Shown here in pieces: positions 13,140-24,914 of a stretch of 37,098 nucleotides of DNA. Within the stretch, counting starts at the first letter, position 1, and each line of letters opens with the position of its first letter. This DNA comes from Nemertoderma westbladi (Eukaryota > Animalia > Xenacoelomorpha): NCBI GenBank assembly GCA_032718475.1, contig JAUCBJ010004717.1, positions 1 through 37,098 of the forward strand, written 5' to 3'. The notes beneath the pieces are model-generated. The model was not told where the DNA came from and did not search any database. It worked only from the letters and a program-made list of their open reading frames with translations. The translations under genes were made by a program, and so were the position numbers.

Positions 13140-13659
13140 CACAACAAAGTCAGTGAGCTGGACGGGAGGAGTCAGCACGCTGGCCACACAAAGTCAGTGA
13201 GCTAGCCGGGAGGGGTCAGCACGCTGGCCACACAAAGTCAGTGAGCTAGCCACAACAAAGTCAGTGAGCTGCCCTGGAGTATTCAGCACGCTGGCCACAA
13301 TAAAGTCAGTGAGCTGGTCGGGAGGAGTCATCACGCTGGCCACAACAAAGTCAGCGAGCTGGTCGGGGGGAGTCATCACGCTGGCCACAACAAAATCTGT
13401 GACCTGGCCGGGAGGAGTCAGCACACTGGCCACAACAGAGTCAGTGAGCTGGCCTGGAGGAGTCAGCACTCTGGCCACAACAGAGTCAGTGAGCTTGCCT
13501 GGAGGAGTCAGCCCGCAGGCCACAACATATTCAGTGAGCTTGCATGAAGGAGTCAGCATGCTAGCCACAACAAAGTTAGTGAGCAGGCCAGGAGGATTCA
13601 GCACGCTGGCCACTAAAAACTCACTGAGCTTGCCTGAAGGAGTCAGCATGCTAGCCACA
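13140..13659. repeat. 45-bp minisatellite (23+22-bp subunits), left part
   Basis: CACAACAAAGTCAGTGAGCTGGC + CTGGAGGAGTCAGCACGCTGGC, about 11 diverged units. Confidence 0.95.
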
Positions 13660-13705
13660 CTAGGAGGATGAGGAGGGAAGGTCAAGTCCAGAGGAAGACG
13701 TCGGG

Positions 13706-16000
13706 GTGAGCGATCACCTACGACGAGGGTACAACGCCACCAGGAAGTTGTTGAAGGAGGCTAGAAGGGGAGGAAAGGTAAACCAGCCCAAGTTGTACCA
13801 GAGGCTAGGTGAGTGCAACAAACATTTTCGCTACCTAGTCCGATTTGGGCAGGGGGAACTAGCAAGTGCGAGGGTGAGGGGGGTCGCCACAGAACTGTTC
13901 GTATTGTGGCGATCCGAGGTGGTGGCAGCTAGTGTAGTGTACATAGGGCCCTATCTAGTAGATGCGAGGGGGATTAAGTTAGTGGGATGGGTGGACCCGC
14001 ACGATGCCAAACCCGAGGTTAACCCCAAAGATTCGGTGTCGTCGGTTAGTAGGAATGCTAGTAAGCATGGTAAAATTAGTGGGACGAACAGGCGAGGGGA
14101 GTCCGTCACAACCGAAAACTCCGCTACATCCTCCACGAAAGCAAGAAGGATGTTAGAGATAGATCTAGCGTGTCAGCTATACATAGTCGTGCTGGATCAA
14201 AAGGAACTAGAGAGACAGCTGGATGAGGGGACTGCTTTACTAGAAAGGGAAAGGGAGCTAGCGAGAGAGTGTAAAGAGAGGGACGAGAGGGTGGCGAGAA
14301 ACTATATAGAGCGGGATGAGAGAGAAATGAATGAGCGCAAAGAGCATGAGGAGCGGGAGGCGAGAGATGAAAATGAGCGCAAGGAGCGAGAGGCGAGAGA
14401 GGAAAACGAACGCAAGGAGCGAGAGGCGAGAAGAGCTGAGAGGATTGAGAGAGAAGTGAACGAGTGTGGAGAGCGGGAGGCGAGGGAGGCAGAGTTGGCT
14501 GATCAGAGTGTTAGAGAGGATAGAGAGAGAGAGAGAGGGCGGACAGTGAACCGTTGATAGTCGAACTAGAGAGAGAGAGCCGGTGGGGTCGTACTCCGGG
14601 AGATTGCCGTCGCCCCGGAGAAACACAACCTGGCGAAATATACCACACACCGGGAGAGGGATACAGACTGTACCGATACGAGGAGGAAGACAGAGGAGGG
14701 GATCGGAGGGAAACTTCCTGTCGGAACGTAGCTGCCGATCGAGGATATGGTAGTCATGGGGAGGAGTTCGTCGGAATATTCGAGAAGATTAAACTTCGAT
14801 CCGGAGGGACACAGGCAGACTGCAGAACATACTGTAGGCCTCACTGCATATACTATAGGCCATGCTGGGGGAGATAGTGTAGGCGATAGGGTAGCGCTAA
14901 TGCAGGATTGGACCCGGAGGTCGCGGCTTACATACCGGTGAGTAGGCAGGAACCTGATAGGCCTATACCGGTACCTGCACACCAGTATGACTATAATATA
15001 GATACATGGATGCAATACATACCCGGGGGAGGGGGTGGGGGGGGGGGGGGGGTATTGCAGATAGGTGTATGGGCCCCAATATAATGACATCTACCCCAGT
15101 ACCAAATATAACATCGGTGGGGGGGGGGGGGGGGGGGGGGGGGGGCAGGGTGATATTCCCCCATTACTGTATCCGCAATACACACAACCAAAAACAAAAA
15201 CCCCAACCCCCTCAGACCCAAATAGATCGTGTGACACGGAGATATGGAGGGACCGCTACCCCCTATTATATATCCCACTCAGGGAAAGTCGACAAATCCA
15301 AGAGGCGAAGCACAACCGATATTGAAGGAGCCTGCATCCCTACCATCAAGCACGCTGGAAGTTCAAGTGATGGGAATGGCAACACTCATCGATGCGCTGA
15401 AAACTAGAATTGAGCTGCCACCCGTGGAGTCTTTCAAGTTTGATGGTAGCAAGCCGGAAGAATATCTACAGTTCCGGAGAATGTATAGTAATGAGATTTT
15501 GACAAAAAATCTCACACAGGCGGAGTGCCTTAAATAACTACAAGTCTATACAGGGGGGCCAGCTTACGACATCGTGAGGCAATACCAAGGTATTGAAGGA
15601 GGATTCACGACCGCATGGAGAGCCCTGGACAGGGAATTTGGCCATCCTTGCCAAGATTATCCGACAAACCTTAAGGGGAATAACATCAGGCAGACTCGCA
15701 GATAACCCCGTTAGCATCAAGACTTTCGCTAACAAAGTAGAGAAAGCGCTAATAGTGTTAAAGACTCTAGATGCACCTTACGAACTCAATGCATCGAACA
15801 ACATCACCACGATAGCGCAGGCACTACCGATTTGGCTGAGAAACAAATGGAGAAAGATCGCTTTCTCCACTCGAGAAAAGAAAGGTGCGGAGCCAGGGTT
15901 GGAGGAGATGTCGAACTTCCTTAACTACGAGGCGGAGCTAATAACGGATCCAGTCTATAGTGAGGAAAGTCTAGGCAAGGTACCAAAAACCGAATACAGC
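13706..16000 (+). pseudogene. BEL/Pao-type Gag (E/R coiled coil + DUF1759-like capsid region), disrupted
   Basis: LPPVESFKFDGSKPEEYLQFRRMY, *LQVYTGGPAYDIV, GFTTAWRALDREFGHP, IAQALPIWLRNKW and FLNYEAELITDPVYS. Confidence 0.85.
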
Positions 16001-16289
16001 CGACCTAAACCCGAACATAGTGCGGTGAAGGCACTTCCGAAGGTGAGGCAGTCACTACCGTATGCGGCCACACAGGGGACTACAAGTCCACAGAGAGCTG
16101 GGAGTAGAGCCACACCGTGGCAGGGACTGAAACACGCGCTACAGGATCAGTTTAGGGAGATGCACGAGCGACGACTGGTCGGGACCTACAGGGCGCCGTC
16201 GTTGGACAATGCGATCGACGAGCATCTTCACTATGTTGTAAAGGGGGACGAGGCTAGGTTCGGATACCAAAGTACCCGAGGGAACCACC

Positions 16290-16910
16290 GAGGAAGGAGT
16301 GGAGGAGATTTGTAGATTCCGTAGAGAGGGGTGGATACATGGTCGTAGACGACGAAGGGACTGTGGAGGACAACGAGGGCTCTAGAAGGGGGTTGGGAGG
16401 ATCGGCTAGAACCATATTGCTGCACTTAGCAGCGCTGAATGGAGATATCTTTCTATTCGACCTAGTGACCTACGGAAAGAAGAGCGGGCCGAAGTTAAAC
16501 TGGTTGCCAAACGTGGTGCAGGAGCTAGTAAGACTGAAGACTACAGTCAAGGTAGGATCCGTGATAAGCGTCGATGCGGACAGAATTATTGGACCGGGCA
16601 CACCGAATCTTCTGGACATACAGGTAGTCTACATGGCTATGATGAAACCGGAGGGATTGGGATTGATGGACAACACGGGACATTAAGGAGCCGTGGCGAT
16701 GGGCCAACTGATGGGACTCGTCTGCCACAAACTGATGGACTGGAACAAGTTCCGGGAGGAATATGGAACGGAACTTGCGAACTCACTCAAGTGGGGAGTG
16801 AGACTGGGGAAGGAGGAACTATATCACTTCCCGAAGGGAGTGATAAAGATATATCAGAAGGATATATCCTAGAAGAGGACTGGATAATGATAGGTTTACT
16901 AAACCTGTTC
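16290..16910 (+). pseudogene. Putative DEDDy (WRN/EXD/RNase D-like) 3'-5' exonuclease domain
   Basis: ExoI-like YMVVDDEG (D16348, E16354); LLHLA..DIFLFDL; LPNVVQELV..TVKVGSVISVDA (ExoII-like D16573); NLLDIQ; ExoIII-like YQK.YILEED across a frameshift near 16860. Stop at 16684. Confidence 0.62.
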
Positions 16911-17884
16911 ATTACGGTAACTATCAGGAGGGTGCCGACGGCGTTTCTAATATTGGGATCACCTCTGAACCATAGGAGAGCCTTAAAGGTGGCCCTAGAA
17001 GGTCTTGTAGACCACCCAGGGCTGAAGGGTGAGTCAGTATATTACATTACCCGACACCTGGTGGACAGAGAGGTAGATACACCGTACAGGCGATAGGAGG
17101 CGGATAGGATTGGGGAGAGGAGACTAGAGGAGGATGCCAGGAGAGAGAGGAGGGAGGCAGCAGGCAGAGAGCCAGATATAAGAGGAGAGGAGTATGAGTT
17201 CGAAGCCCAGGATTTGGGCGAGCTGAGGTGGTGATCGGATACCTCGAGCGAGTTTCGGCTGGGGGACGAACTGGGTTGGATGGAAGAGACACCGACACAG
17301 TCTACATCAGGGCTGCAAGGAATGCCCATGCCTGCAAGGTCTGAGGGCGACTGAGAAAGTAAGAGACCGAGGGAGGTAGAAGGATGGAAGGCCACGGGCA
17401 GATACCAGGGCAGAAAGGAACACAGTGGATCAACTGGGATCCCGGGTTTGGATCCGCTCCCAGCAGGGGAAGAGTAGGAGGACGAGTTCGGGGCAATGCC
17501 ACTGATAGCGAGGATTGCACTCCCGGGAGGGGAAGAGGAGGAGGACGAGTATGGGGCAATGCCACCGATAGCGAGGATCGGCCACTCGGACACAGACTGG
17601 GTGGACAGGAGAGTGGTGATAGCCAGCGGGGCGGGAGCCTTCTGGGACAAACCCGGTAAGCGGACATGGGAGCATAGGGAGGCGGAAATGGACTTCGCAG
17701 CGAGTACGATCTGACTGGGGGGCAACCGGGGATTGCACCACGGGTAGTATTTGGAGAAACGATGCCGAGGTTGGCAGAGGACATCGATATGGGTAGGGAA
17801 GAAAACGTCCAGATGTTTACCTACCAGTGGCTCCATAGACCCAGGAGGCCACGTGGAGCCAAGGATGACTTGGGGTGAGAGACA

Positions 17885-18604
17885 ATGATACATGGTAGCG
17901 ATTACTGTGGAAGATTAACCCATCAGCAAAAGAACTGTCTATACCATTACCAGAAGGGTACGGCGTGTCTTTACTGCCGTGAGTCTACGCACAGGATGGG
18001 TGCTTGCCCGAGGTTGCACAACAGGTGTTTGAAGTGCAAGTTTAGGGGGCACTTTGAGTGCCAGTGCGACTGGATGGAGGATGAGGAGAAATTCCGCATT
18101 TTCGAGGAGTGGGCCAACGTCGGAGTCATGACATGACAAAGGATGAAGGCCCAGGAATTCTGGTGGGGCTTCTTCAACATTAATATAGAAGCCTACCAGC
18201 AGATCACCAAGAGGAGACTACTATTCCCGTATCAGGAGGTAGCGACAGCGACATCATACGGAGGGGTCATCAACACCCAAAGATATCTGGACAGATGGTC
18301 ATCAGAAAATAGGATTGAATTCAGGGACTTTCTGGCGGAACACATGCCGCGTGCGATGAAGATGATCTTGTGGGATGCTACCAGGGGGAAACAGGAGGGA
18401 CACACAGTGGGACCACCTGCGAAGCGATACCGTGAATTAATAACACCCACGCCCAAAGAACCAACAGTGGGGCTTGGTAAGACGGTATCAGCGAGAATGA
18501 GTAGCCTCAAGGGTAAACAGGAAGGGAGGAAGCGACCCAGACAGGATGACGATAGGGACAAGGAACTTAGATGGTTCCCGGAGGGTGCGAAAGGAGCGAT
18601 GTAG
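17885..18604 (+). pseudogene. Three tandem CCHC zinc knuckles plus a C-terminal region of unknown function
   Basis: SDYC-x4-H-x4-C (first Cys replaced by Ser), CLYC-x4-H-x4-C and CLKC-x4-H-x4-C. In-frame TGA at 18134-18136, then the same frame continues to 18604. Confidence 0.8.
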
Positions 18605-19309
18605 AACTCTAGGACAGGCGATGTTAATGTGCCTGGAAGGCACCACATGGACAGACCAGTACAAACAACTCCTAAGTGCAATTTAACTAAGTGCAATTAG
18701 TATGTACATAGGTAACTAATCAATATATACATATATATATATACAATAAATATATAATCAATATATACGTATCATAGTCAGATATAACCTTTTCCAATTA
18801 GCTACTGGGACTGGGGACTAATTGACTGAAACAGGAGAACGGGACAATGACGGATCTCACTGACATGGTGCACACATGCGTGAGACCCGATAAGAGTGTG
18901 TGGAGAGTGACAGCGAAAACGGGTTGAGTATGGGAGGAGTATGGGGAGGAGGTGTTAGGGTATGGCGAAGTAAAAGGGTGCGAGACTCAAGCGTGGGGAG
19001 CGAGCATGGAGGGGGATGAGTCCTAAGGGACTGGCGAAAGAGGAAAGGACAACAAAGTCCGAGAGATAGAATTGTGTGAGGAGTGAGGGCGATCGTCTAA
19101 AGCAGAGACGCCAGATGCCTTGGTACAGCTTAGCTCGCAGATGTACCAAGGATGGGTAGTGAAAACAGACCCATGGGGGCCAGCCTGGAATGCTGACCCC
19201 GAGAAGAGAATTCCACCCCACATCCAATATTAGATTGGATTCCAATGGAATTGAAGTGCACTAAAGGTTGATGCTATCTTCTCACCGGGAAGATAGCATG
19301 GGGGGGGGG

Positions 19310-19939
19310 TGTAAGCGGATTCAATTCCCTGCACTACCCAGCGGGAAATGGGCGAAGTGGCTTTTTACAAATTACAGTTGGGAAGGTGACATTACCAATA
19401 TAATGTCACCTAATAACCAACTCAGGCAACACACACTGCCGGCCACGTATAGAGTTGAGAGGCCATAAGCCATCTCAAAGGGACAAAGGGGCTAGCAGGG
19501 CTAGCACGTGGGGATAGTGGCAGCATGGAGTGGCGAGATGGAAATCAATTGGGTTAGCCAATGATGGGAAGGGAAAACAGGTGATTGGAACGCATCTATT
19601 GGCCAGACCACTCAATACAGTAGCAGTGATTAATATGTGTTAATAATATATAACCGTTGTACTTGTGGATTATGATTCAGTTGGTATCTGTAAAGTTGTG
19701 AGACCGGAATGGTTTTTAATCGTCGTCGTCATTACCGTGCTATTATATTCTGACTGTGCTATTATTATGTTCTGTGATTATAACAACTGAGACTAAAACT
19801 GAGTTATTTCAACGGCCTCCGGCCTATTATATTATATCCTGACCACAGCCTTTCAGCAGCCTACAGATGCGGCGACGCGTATAATACCAAGACAACACAC
19901 CGGTCGGGATTTAGTAACCATCTCCTGATTCCCGTCACA
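19310..19939 (+). repeat. 3' LTR, about 630 bp
   Basis: Begins TGTAAGCGG right after the G-run and ends CCCGTCACA (imperfect terminal inverted repeat). The minisatellite resumes at 19940. Confidence 0.75.
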
Positions 19940-21562
19940 ATGCTGGCCACAACAAAGTCAGTGAGCTGGCCACAACAAAGTCAGTAAGCTGGATGGGTGG
20001 AGTCAGCACACTGGCCACAACAAAGTCAGTAAGCTGGACTGGAGGAGTCAGCACACTGGCCACAACAAATTCGGCAAACTGGCATGTAGGAGTCAGCACG
20101 CTGGTCACAACGAAGTCTGTGAGCTGGCCTGGAGGAGTCAGCACGCTGCTGGTCACAACAAAGTCAGTGAGCTGACCTGGAGGAGCAGAATGCTGGCCCA
20201 GAGGAGTCATCACATTGGCTACAACAAAGTCAGTGAGCTGGCCTGGAGGAGTCAGCACGCTGGCCCAGAGGAGTCAGCAAGCTGGCCTAGAGGAGTCAGC
20301 ACGCTGGTCCAGAGGAGTCAGCATGCTGGCCTGGAGGAGTCAGCACGCTGGCCTGGAGGAATCAGCACGCTGGCCTGGAGGAGTCAGAACGCTGGCCTGG
20401 AGGAGTCAGCACGCTGGCCCACAGGAGTCAGCACGCTGGCCCAGAGGAGTCAGCACGCTGGCACAGAGAAGTCAGCACGCTGGCCTAGAGGAGTCAGCAC
20501 GCTGGCCCAGAGGAGTCAACACGCTGGCCTAGAGGAGTCAACACGCTGGCCCAGAGGAGTCATCACGCTGGCCACAACAAAGTCAGTGAGCTGGCCCAGA
20601 AGAGTCAGCACGCTGGCCCAGAGTAGTCAGCACGCTGGTCACAACAAAATCAGTGAGCTGGCCCAAAGGAGTCAGCACGCTGGCCCAGAGGAGTCAGCAC
20701 GCTGGCCCAGAGGAGTCATCACGCTGGCCACAACAAAGTCAGTGAGCTGGCCCAGAGGAGTCAGCACGCTGGCCCAGAGTAGTAAGCACGCTGGCCACAA
20801 CAAAATCAGTGAGCTGGCCCAAAGGAGTCAGCACGCTGGCCCAAAGGAGTCAGCACGCTGGCTCAGAGGAGTAAGCACGCTGGCCCAGAGGAGTCAACAT
20901 ACTGGCCCACAGGAGTCAGCACCCTGGCTCAGAGGAGTCAGCACGCTTGCCCAGATGAGTCAGCACGCTGGCCCAGAGGAGTCAGCACGCTGGCCACAAC
21001 AAAGTCAGTGAGCTGGCATGGAGGAGTCAGCACGCTGGCCCAGAGGAGTCAGCACGCTGGCCCAGAGGAGTCAGCACGCTGGCCCAGAGGAGTCATCACG
21101 CTGGCCACAACAAAGTCAGTGAGCTGACCTGGAGGAGTCAGCACGCTGACCCAGAGGAGTCATCACGCTGGCCACAACAAAGTCAGTGAGCTGGCCTGGA
21201 GGAGTCAGCATGCTGGCCCAGTGGAGACATCACGCTGTCCTCAACAAAGTCAGTGAGCTGGCCTGGACGAGTCAGCATGCTGGCCCAGAGGAGTCATCAC
21301 GCTGGCCACAACAAAGTCAGCGAGCTGGCCTGGAGGAGTCAGCATGCTGGCCCAGAGGAGTCAGCACAATGGCCAAGAGGAGTCAGCACGCTGGCCTGGA
21401 GGAGTCAGCATGCTGCTGGTCACAACAAAGTCAGTGAGCTGGCCTGGAGGAGTCAGCATGCTGGCCACAACAAAGTCAGTGAGCTGGCCTGGAGGAGTCA
21501 GCATGCTGGCCACAACAAAGTCAGTGAGCTGGCCTGGAGGAGTCAGCACGCTGGCCACAACA
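19940..21562. repeat. 45/22-bp minisatellite, right part
   Basis: Same 45-bp unit as 13140-13659, with runs of the isolated 22-bp subunit CCAGAGGAGTCAGCACGCTGGC. Confidence 0.96.
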
Positions 21563-21699
21563 GAATGATTATCATTCTCTACTTTCTTATTGTCATTAGA
21601 ACCTCCTAATTCAAGCTCTTTCTTATTGGTAGAATATTCTAATATTTAAATCGTCCAATCAGAGACTCGACTGCTTGAAAGTAGGATGTTCTAACGCCG

Positions 21700-22235
21700 C
21701 CTTTCAAATACACATTAAATCACAAGCATTTCACACGTACCTTATATAAATTGAAACCGAGAGTCTTGCGCATCTTTTGACACTAAAATTATTTCCATTA
21801 ATGATGAGGAACATTGATAAAATTATGTTTTCAGCACAATTTCTAGCAGCAAGTAAGCCCTACAGATTAGATTTATAATACCACTAAACTTAAATACCGA
21901 TCAGCCGGTACTATAATAATTGGTAGTGCTACTTGCATATTAAAAATGTGTACCGGCTACCAACTGTACCGGCTACCAACTGTTAAGCTTGGTAAACCCA
22001 ACTTAAAGAAGTTAGCTGCAAGCAATACTCAAATACTGCAATAGGCTGATACGGCTGTGTGATTGCATACAGTCAGGCAAACGTCCGAGTTTGCAATTGT
22101 GAACAGCATTCTATCAATCTTCGTCATCATTAAGTTAATTAATTGTAGTGTTTAAATGACGCGCAAGACTCTCCATTTTCAATTGATATCATCCATAAGT
22201 GCAATAATTGAGATTTAAAGTGTATATGAATGATT
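21700..22235. mobile_element. Old MITE-like element with degenerate long inverted arms (about 21700-21820 and 22110-22235)
   Basis: GAGAGTCTTGCGC pairs with GCGCAAGACTCTC, TAATGATGAGGAACATTGATA with TATCAATCTTCGTCATCATTA, and ATACACATTAAATC with GATTTAAAGTGTAT. Confidence 0.6.
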
Positions 22236-23169
22236 CAAAAATCACTATCCATAGAAACCAAGATAAGAAATTATCAGATCACGTTGTAGTGACGTAAAAT
22301 CGGTAGCAACCAATCACAGCCGTCGATTTAAAAATTGGCTTCTCGTGGTTACTTAAAGCCGTTTTTTCATGTTTTAAAAGAAACATGCCCCGCCTCCGCT
22401 ATTCAGGGCATCTTGTTTCTCCTTATTCAATTGTTTATACCCCGAAACATTTTTTCGCGCACTATCCCTATTAGGTAACTTAGGTAATAGCAGCAATATT
22501 GTTTTGATTTAGTAGTTATTGTTATAATGAGAAATAATGAGTTAACTATGAAATAAAAATTATTAGAGAGCACAACCTGTAAAATAAGAAGATTCAGCAG
22601 CAGGAGTACTAGATTATTACATACTGGTCTCGTTACAGGCATATACATCTCACTGTTGATTCTCAATTAAATTGAGTTCATTAACTCTCGCTCTCGTTTA
22701 TTGTTTTTTCCTGTGTCTGTTTTGCTTCCTTTGTATAGCAGGGGGTGAAGATGTAGGTATATAATTTACGAGTAACATCTGTAGACTTTAACATCCTACT
22801 GGTTGTATTACTGGGTAGATGATGAAGAATAATTTAGTTATCATGCTGGGTCTCATGTATAAATAATATTGATCATGCGGGATCGAATGCATAATATTTT
22901 ATGCATTGTAGTTGATAACTCATATTCTTATTTCTCAGTAATTATTGAACTCCATAGTACATTATATATGTTTACACAAACATAGCACCACTACAATTAA
23001 ATTACATGTGGACATTACAGTACACCGTTTGTAAAAGAAGGAAGATACCTACCTCTTTTGCGTGTAAGTTTTTGAGTTTTTTGTAAATAACTACTGTAGT
23101 ATGTTGTATCCGATTTTTACTCGGTATAAAATAGTAATTCATATAATATGTAATAGGCTCTCATATATA

Positions 23170-23450
23170 AAGTAAAGTAAAGTAAAAGTAAATTTTCTTC
23201 GGCCGCTAGGCCAGGGATTACGCACGAAGTCTGACGACTTATTTCCAGTGCGGTCCCCCCAGAACTTTACTCCCCAGAGGAAACTCCAGTACTCATTTAG
23301 CTACCACTTAAGGATGCAAGGCAGAGATGCGCCCTGGCAGGTCCCTTTAAAGCATTCGTGCCGAAACGAAAACTGCCCTGGCCCATGTGAGGATCGAACC
23401 CACGACCTACAGGAGATGTGAATTCAATGCAACCACTACACCAAGGTGGA
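23170..23450 (-). mobile_element. tRNA-derived SINE with LINE-like 3' stem-loop and (TTTAC)n tail
   Basis: A box TGGTGTAGTGG (23443-23433), B box GGTTCGATCC (23400-23391), central GCCTTGCATCC...TAAATGAGTAC block, tail at 23170-23191. Confidence 0.82.
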
Positions 23451-23803
23451 ACCTTAATATAATAATAGATTATTAATAGAGAATTAATTATATAATAATA
23501 GTATACTCTGACATAAGTAGCACAACAGAGTTCGAACTCATGACAGCTATGACAGACTGCACAGCTGTAACCCTACAACACAAAGTCCCTCCGACCATCC
23601 CGGTACCCCCCACAGTCAGACTCTCCCCCAAAAGTCAAACCCATCACCATAACCTACAACAACTCCCCCATTCAAGGGATAATTAATATACTTCACTCGT
23701 AAACTATTAATTATCCATTGAATCAATAATATGATAATGTACTGGTTATATAACAGTATATATAGCGGTTTATTCCCTCTTTCCTAATTTCCAGTTTTAT
23801 TGA

Positions 23804-24112
23804 TCACCTGAAACGCTTTCGAGTTTGAATAATGTGTCTTCTGATAATAATCCCAAAACAATCGACTTCGAGCATCATAGAACTTGGCATCCGATGGTCA
23901 GTAGCTTCCAGCCACTTCGAATTGCGTCGACCACGACCAACATTTCTTACCCACACCTTATCTTCCGGTTTATACTTTAACTTATTACCAAGTTGAGGAA
24001 CATTTATGCGCTGTAAAGTTAAACGATTATGCAAAGAATAACCCATTAATATCTTAGCGGGCGACTTTCCTCCCTCCAATGGTTGTAGCACGATAATTTC
24101 CTTCAATTTCAT
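23804..24112 (-). mobile_element. Ty3/Gypsy integrase C-terminal remnant
   Basis: GKSPAKILMGYSL, DKVWVRN..SKW and IIRRHIIQTRKR. A PPT-like AGGAAAGAGGGAA follows the stop (about 23786-23773). Confidence 0.75.
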
Positions 24113-24198
24113 CAGACCATTCTTTGCTAGTGACTCTTTAACCGCAATAATTTATATTGTCCGTTTAAATCCTTTTTTTGTCCTTTTTTTTTTACTTT

Positions 24199-24340
24199 TT
24201 AGATAGATAGATTTATTTATACATTATGTAAAAACAATAACAAATACACCAAACAATGTACCGGTATAAAGGTATTGTCCAACATAACATATAGGATTAC
24301 CCCTAAAGCTTTGCAGCTTATTTCCAATGGGGTCCTTTAT
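24199..24340 (-). mobile_element. 3' end of an L2/CR1-group-like LINE
   Basis: Minus strand GGACCCCATTGGAAATAAGCTGCAAAGCTTTAGGGGTAATCC stem-loop, then AATAAA and a (TCTA)n tail. Confidence 0.6.
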
Positions 24341-24914
24341 GTTACTTGGTTACAAATACAATATTACACTACGCTAACCTAAAACCAATATACAACGTAA
24401 TTACACTATGTACATGTACAACTTTACCGAGAGCGTGACAATGTTCGACTCAACGATAAAGATGTAATGTACAGAACAATTTATTATAAAACGTAATTAC
24501 AGTATAAATAGTAAATAATTAATAAACTAATAACTTACTGTAGGACTATTGTACCTATTTTTACATTGCATTGCATTTTATGTCCTCCAGAAATCTACCG
24601 TTAGGTTCCATGCTACCGATTTCTCTACTGCTGTTCTCTCAGGCTATCAGTACCGGTATTAGTATATATAGCACTATTTTGCAGTATTGCTGTATTGTAT
24701 GTACAGATGTAGGTATAAAGCAGGTATTTTAGGTATTTTAGTACCGGTACCGGCACCGGTACTGCTGTAGGCCTACTGTGTTGCCTAACATTTAAATACG
24801 GTAATGGTAGGCCTGTGCTAATCAATTTTAAATAATTGATAGGCCAAACTGGATTGTGGAATATGTGGATATACCTTTCACATAATTTATCAGTTTTATA
24901 ATGGATCATTTATC

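Larger units (their letters stand above)
13660..19939 (+). mobile_element. 5'-deleted LTR retroelement with BEL/Pao-type gag, no visible pol and extra domains
   Basis: Purine-rich insertion within the minisatellite. Gag motifs at 15.4-16.0 kb; G-run PPT at 19299-19309 followed by a TG...CA LTR. No protease, RT, RNase H or integrase motifs seen. Confidence 0.8.

Noticed and set aside
15024-15146. Poly-G tracts (also 35683-35703 and 36600-36617) as G-quadruplex elements
   Set aside because: Simple homopolymers whose lengths are unreliable in assemblies; they may also cause some apparent frameshifts.
17042-17893. 283-aa minus-strand ORF as an antisense or env-like gene
   Set aside because: Ser/Pro/Leu-rich mirror of the purine-rich sense frame, with no recognisable motifs.
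20190-21609. ORFs in the 45/22-bp minisatellite (also 13194-13685)
   Set aside because: Open in several frames on both strands because of repeat periodicity; no gene signals.
22741-23053. Possible LTR (purine run, then TGTAGGTAT...ATACCTAC)
   Set aside because: No terminal CA, partner LTR or target duplication could be confirmed.
23385-23450. tRNA gene
   Set aside because: A and B boxes only, no clean cloverleaf, and it continues into a SINE body and tail.
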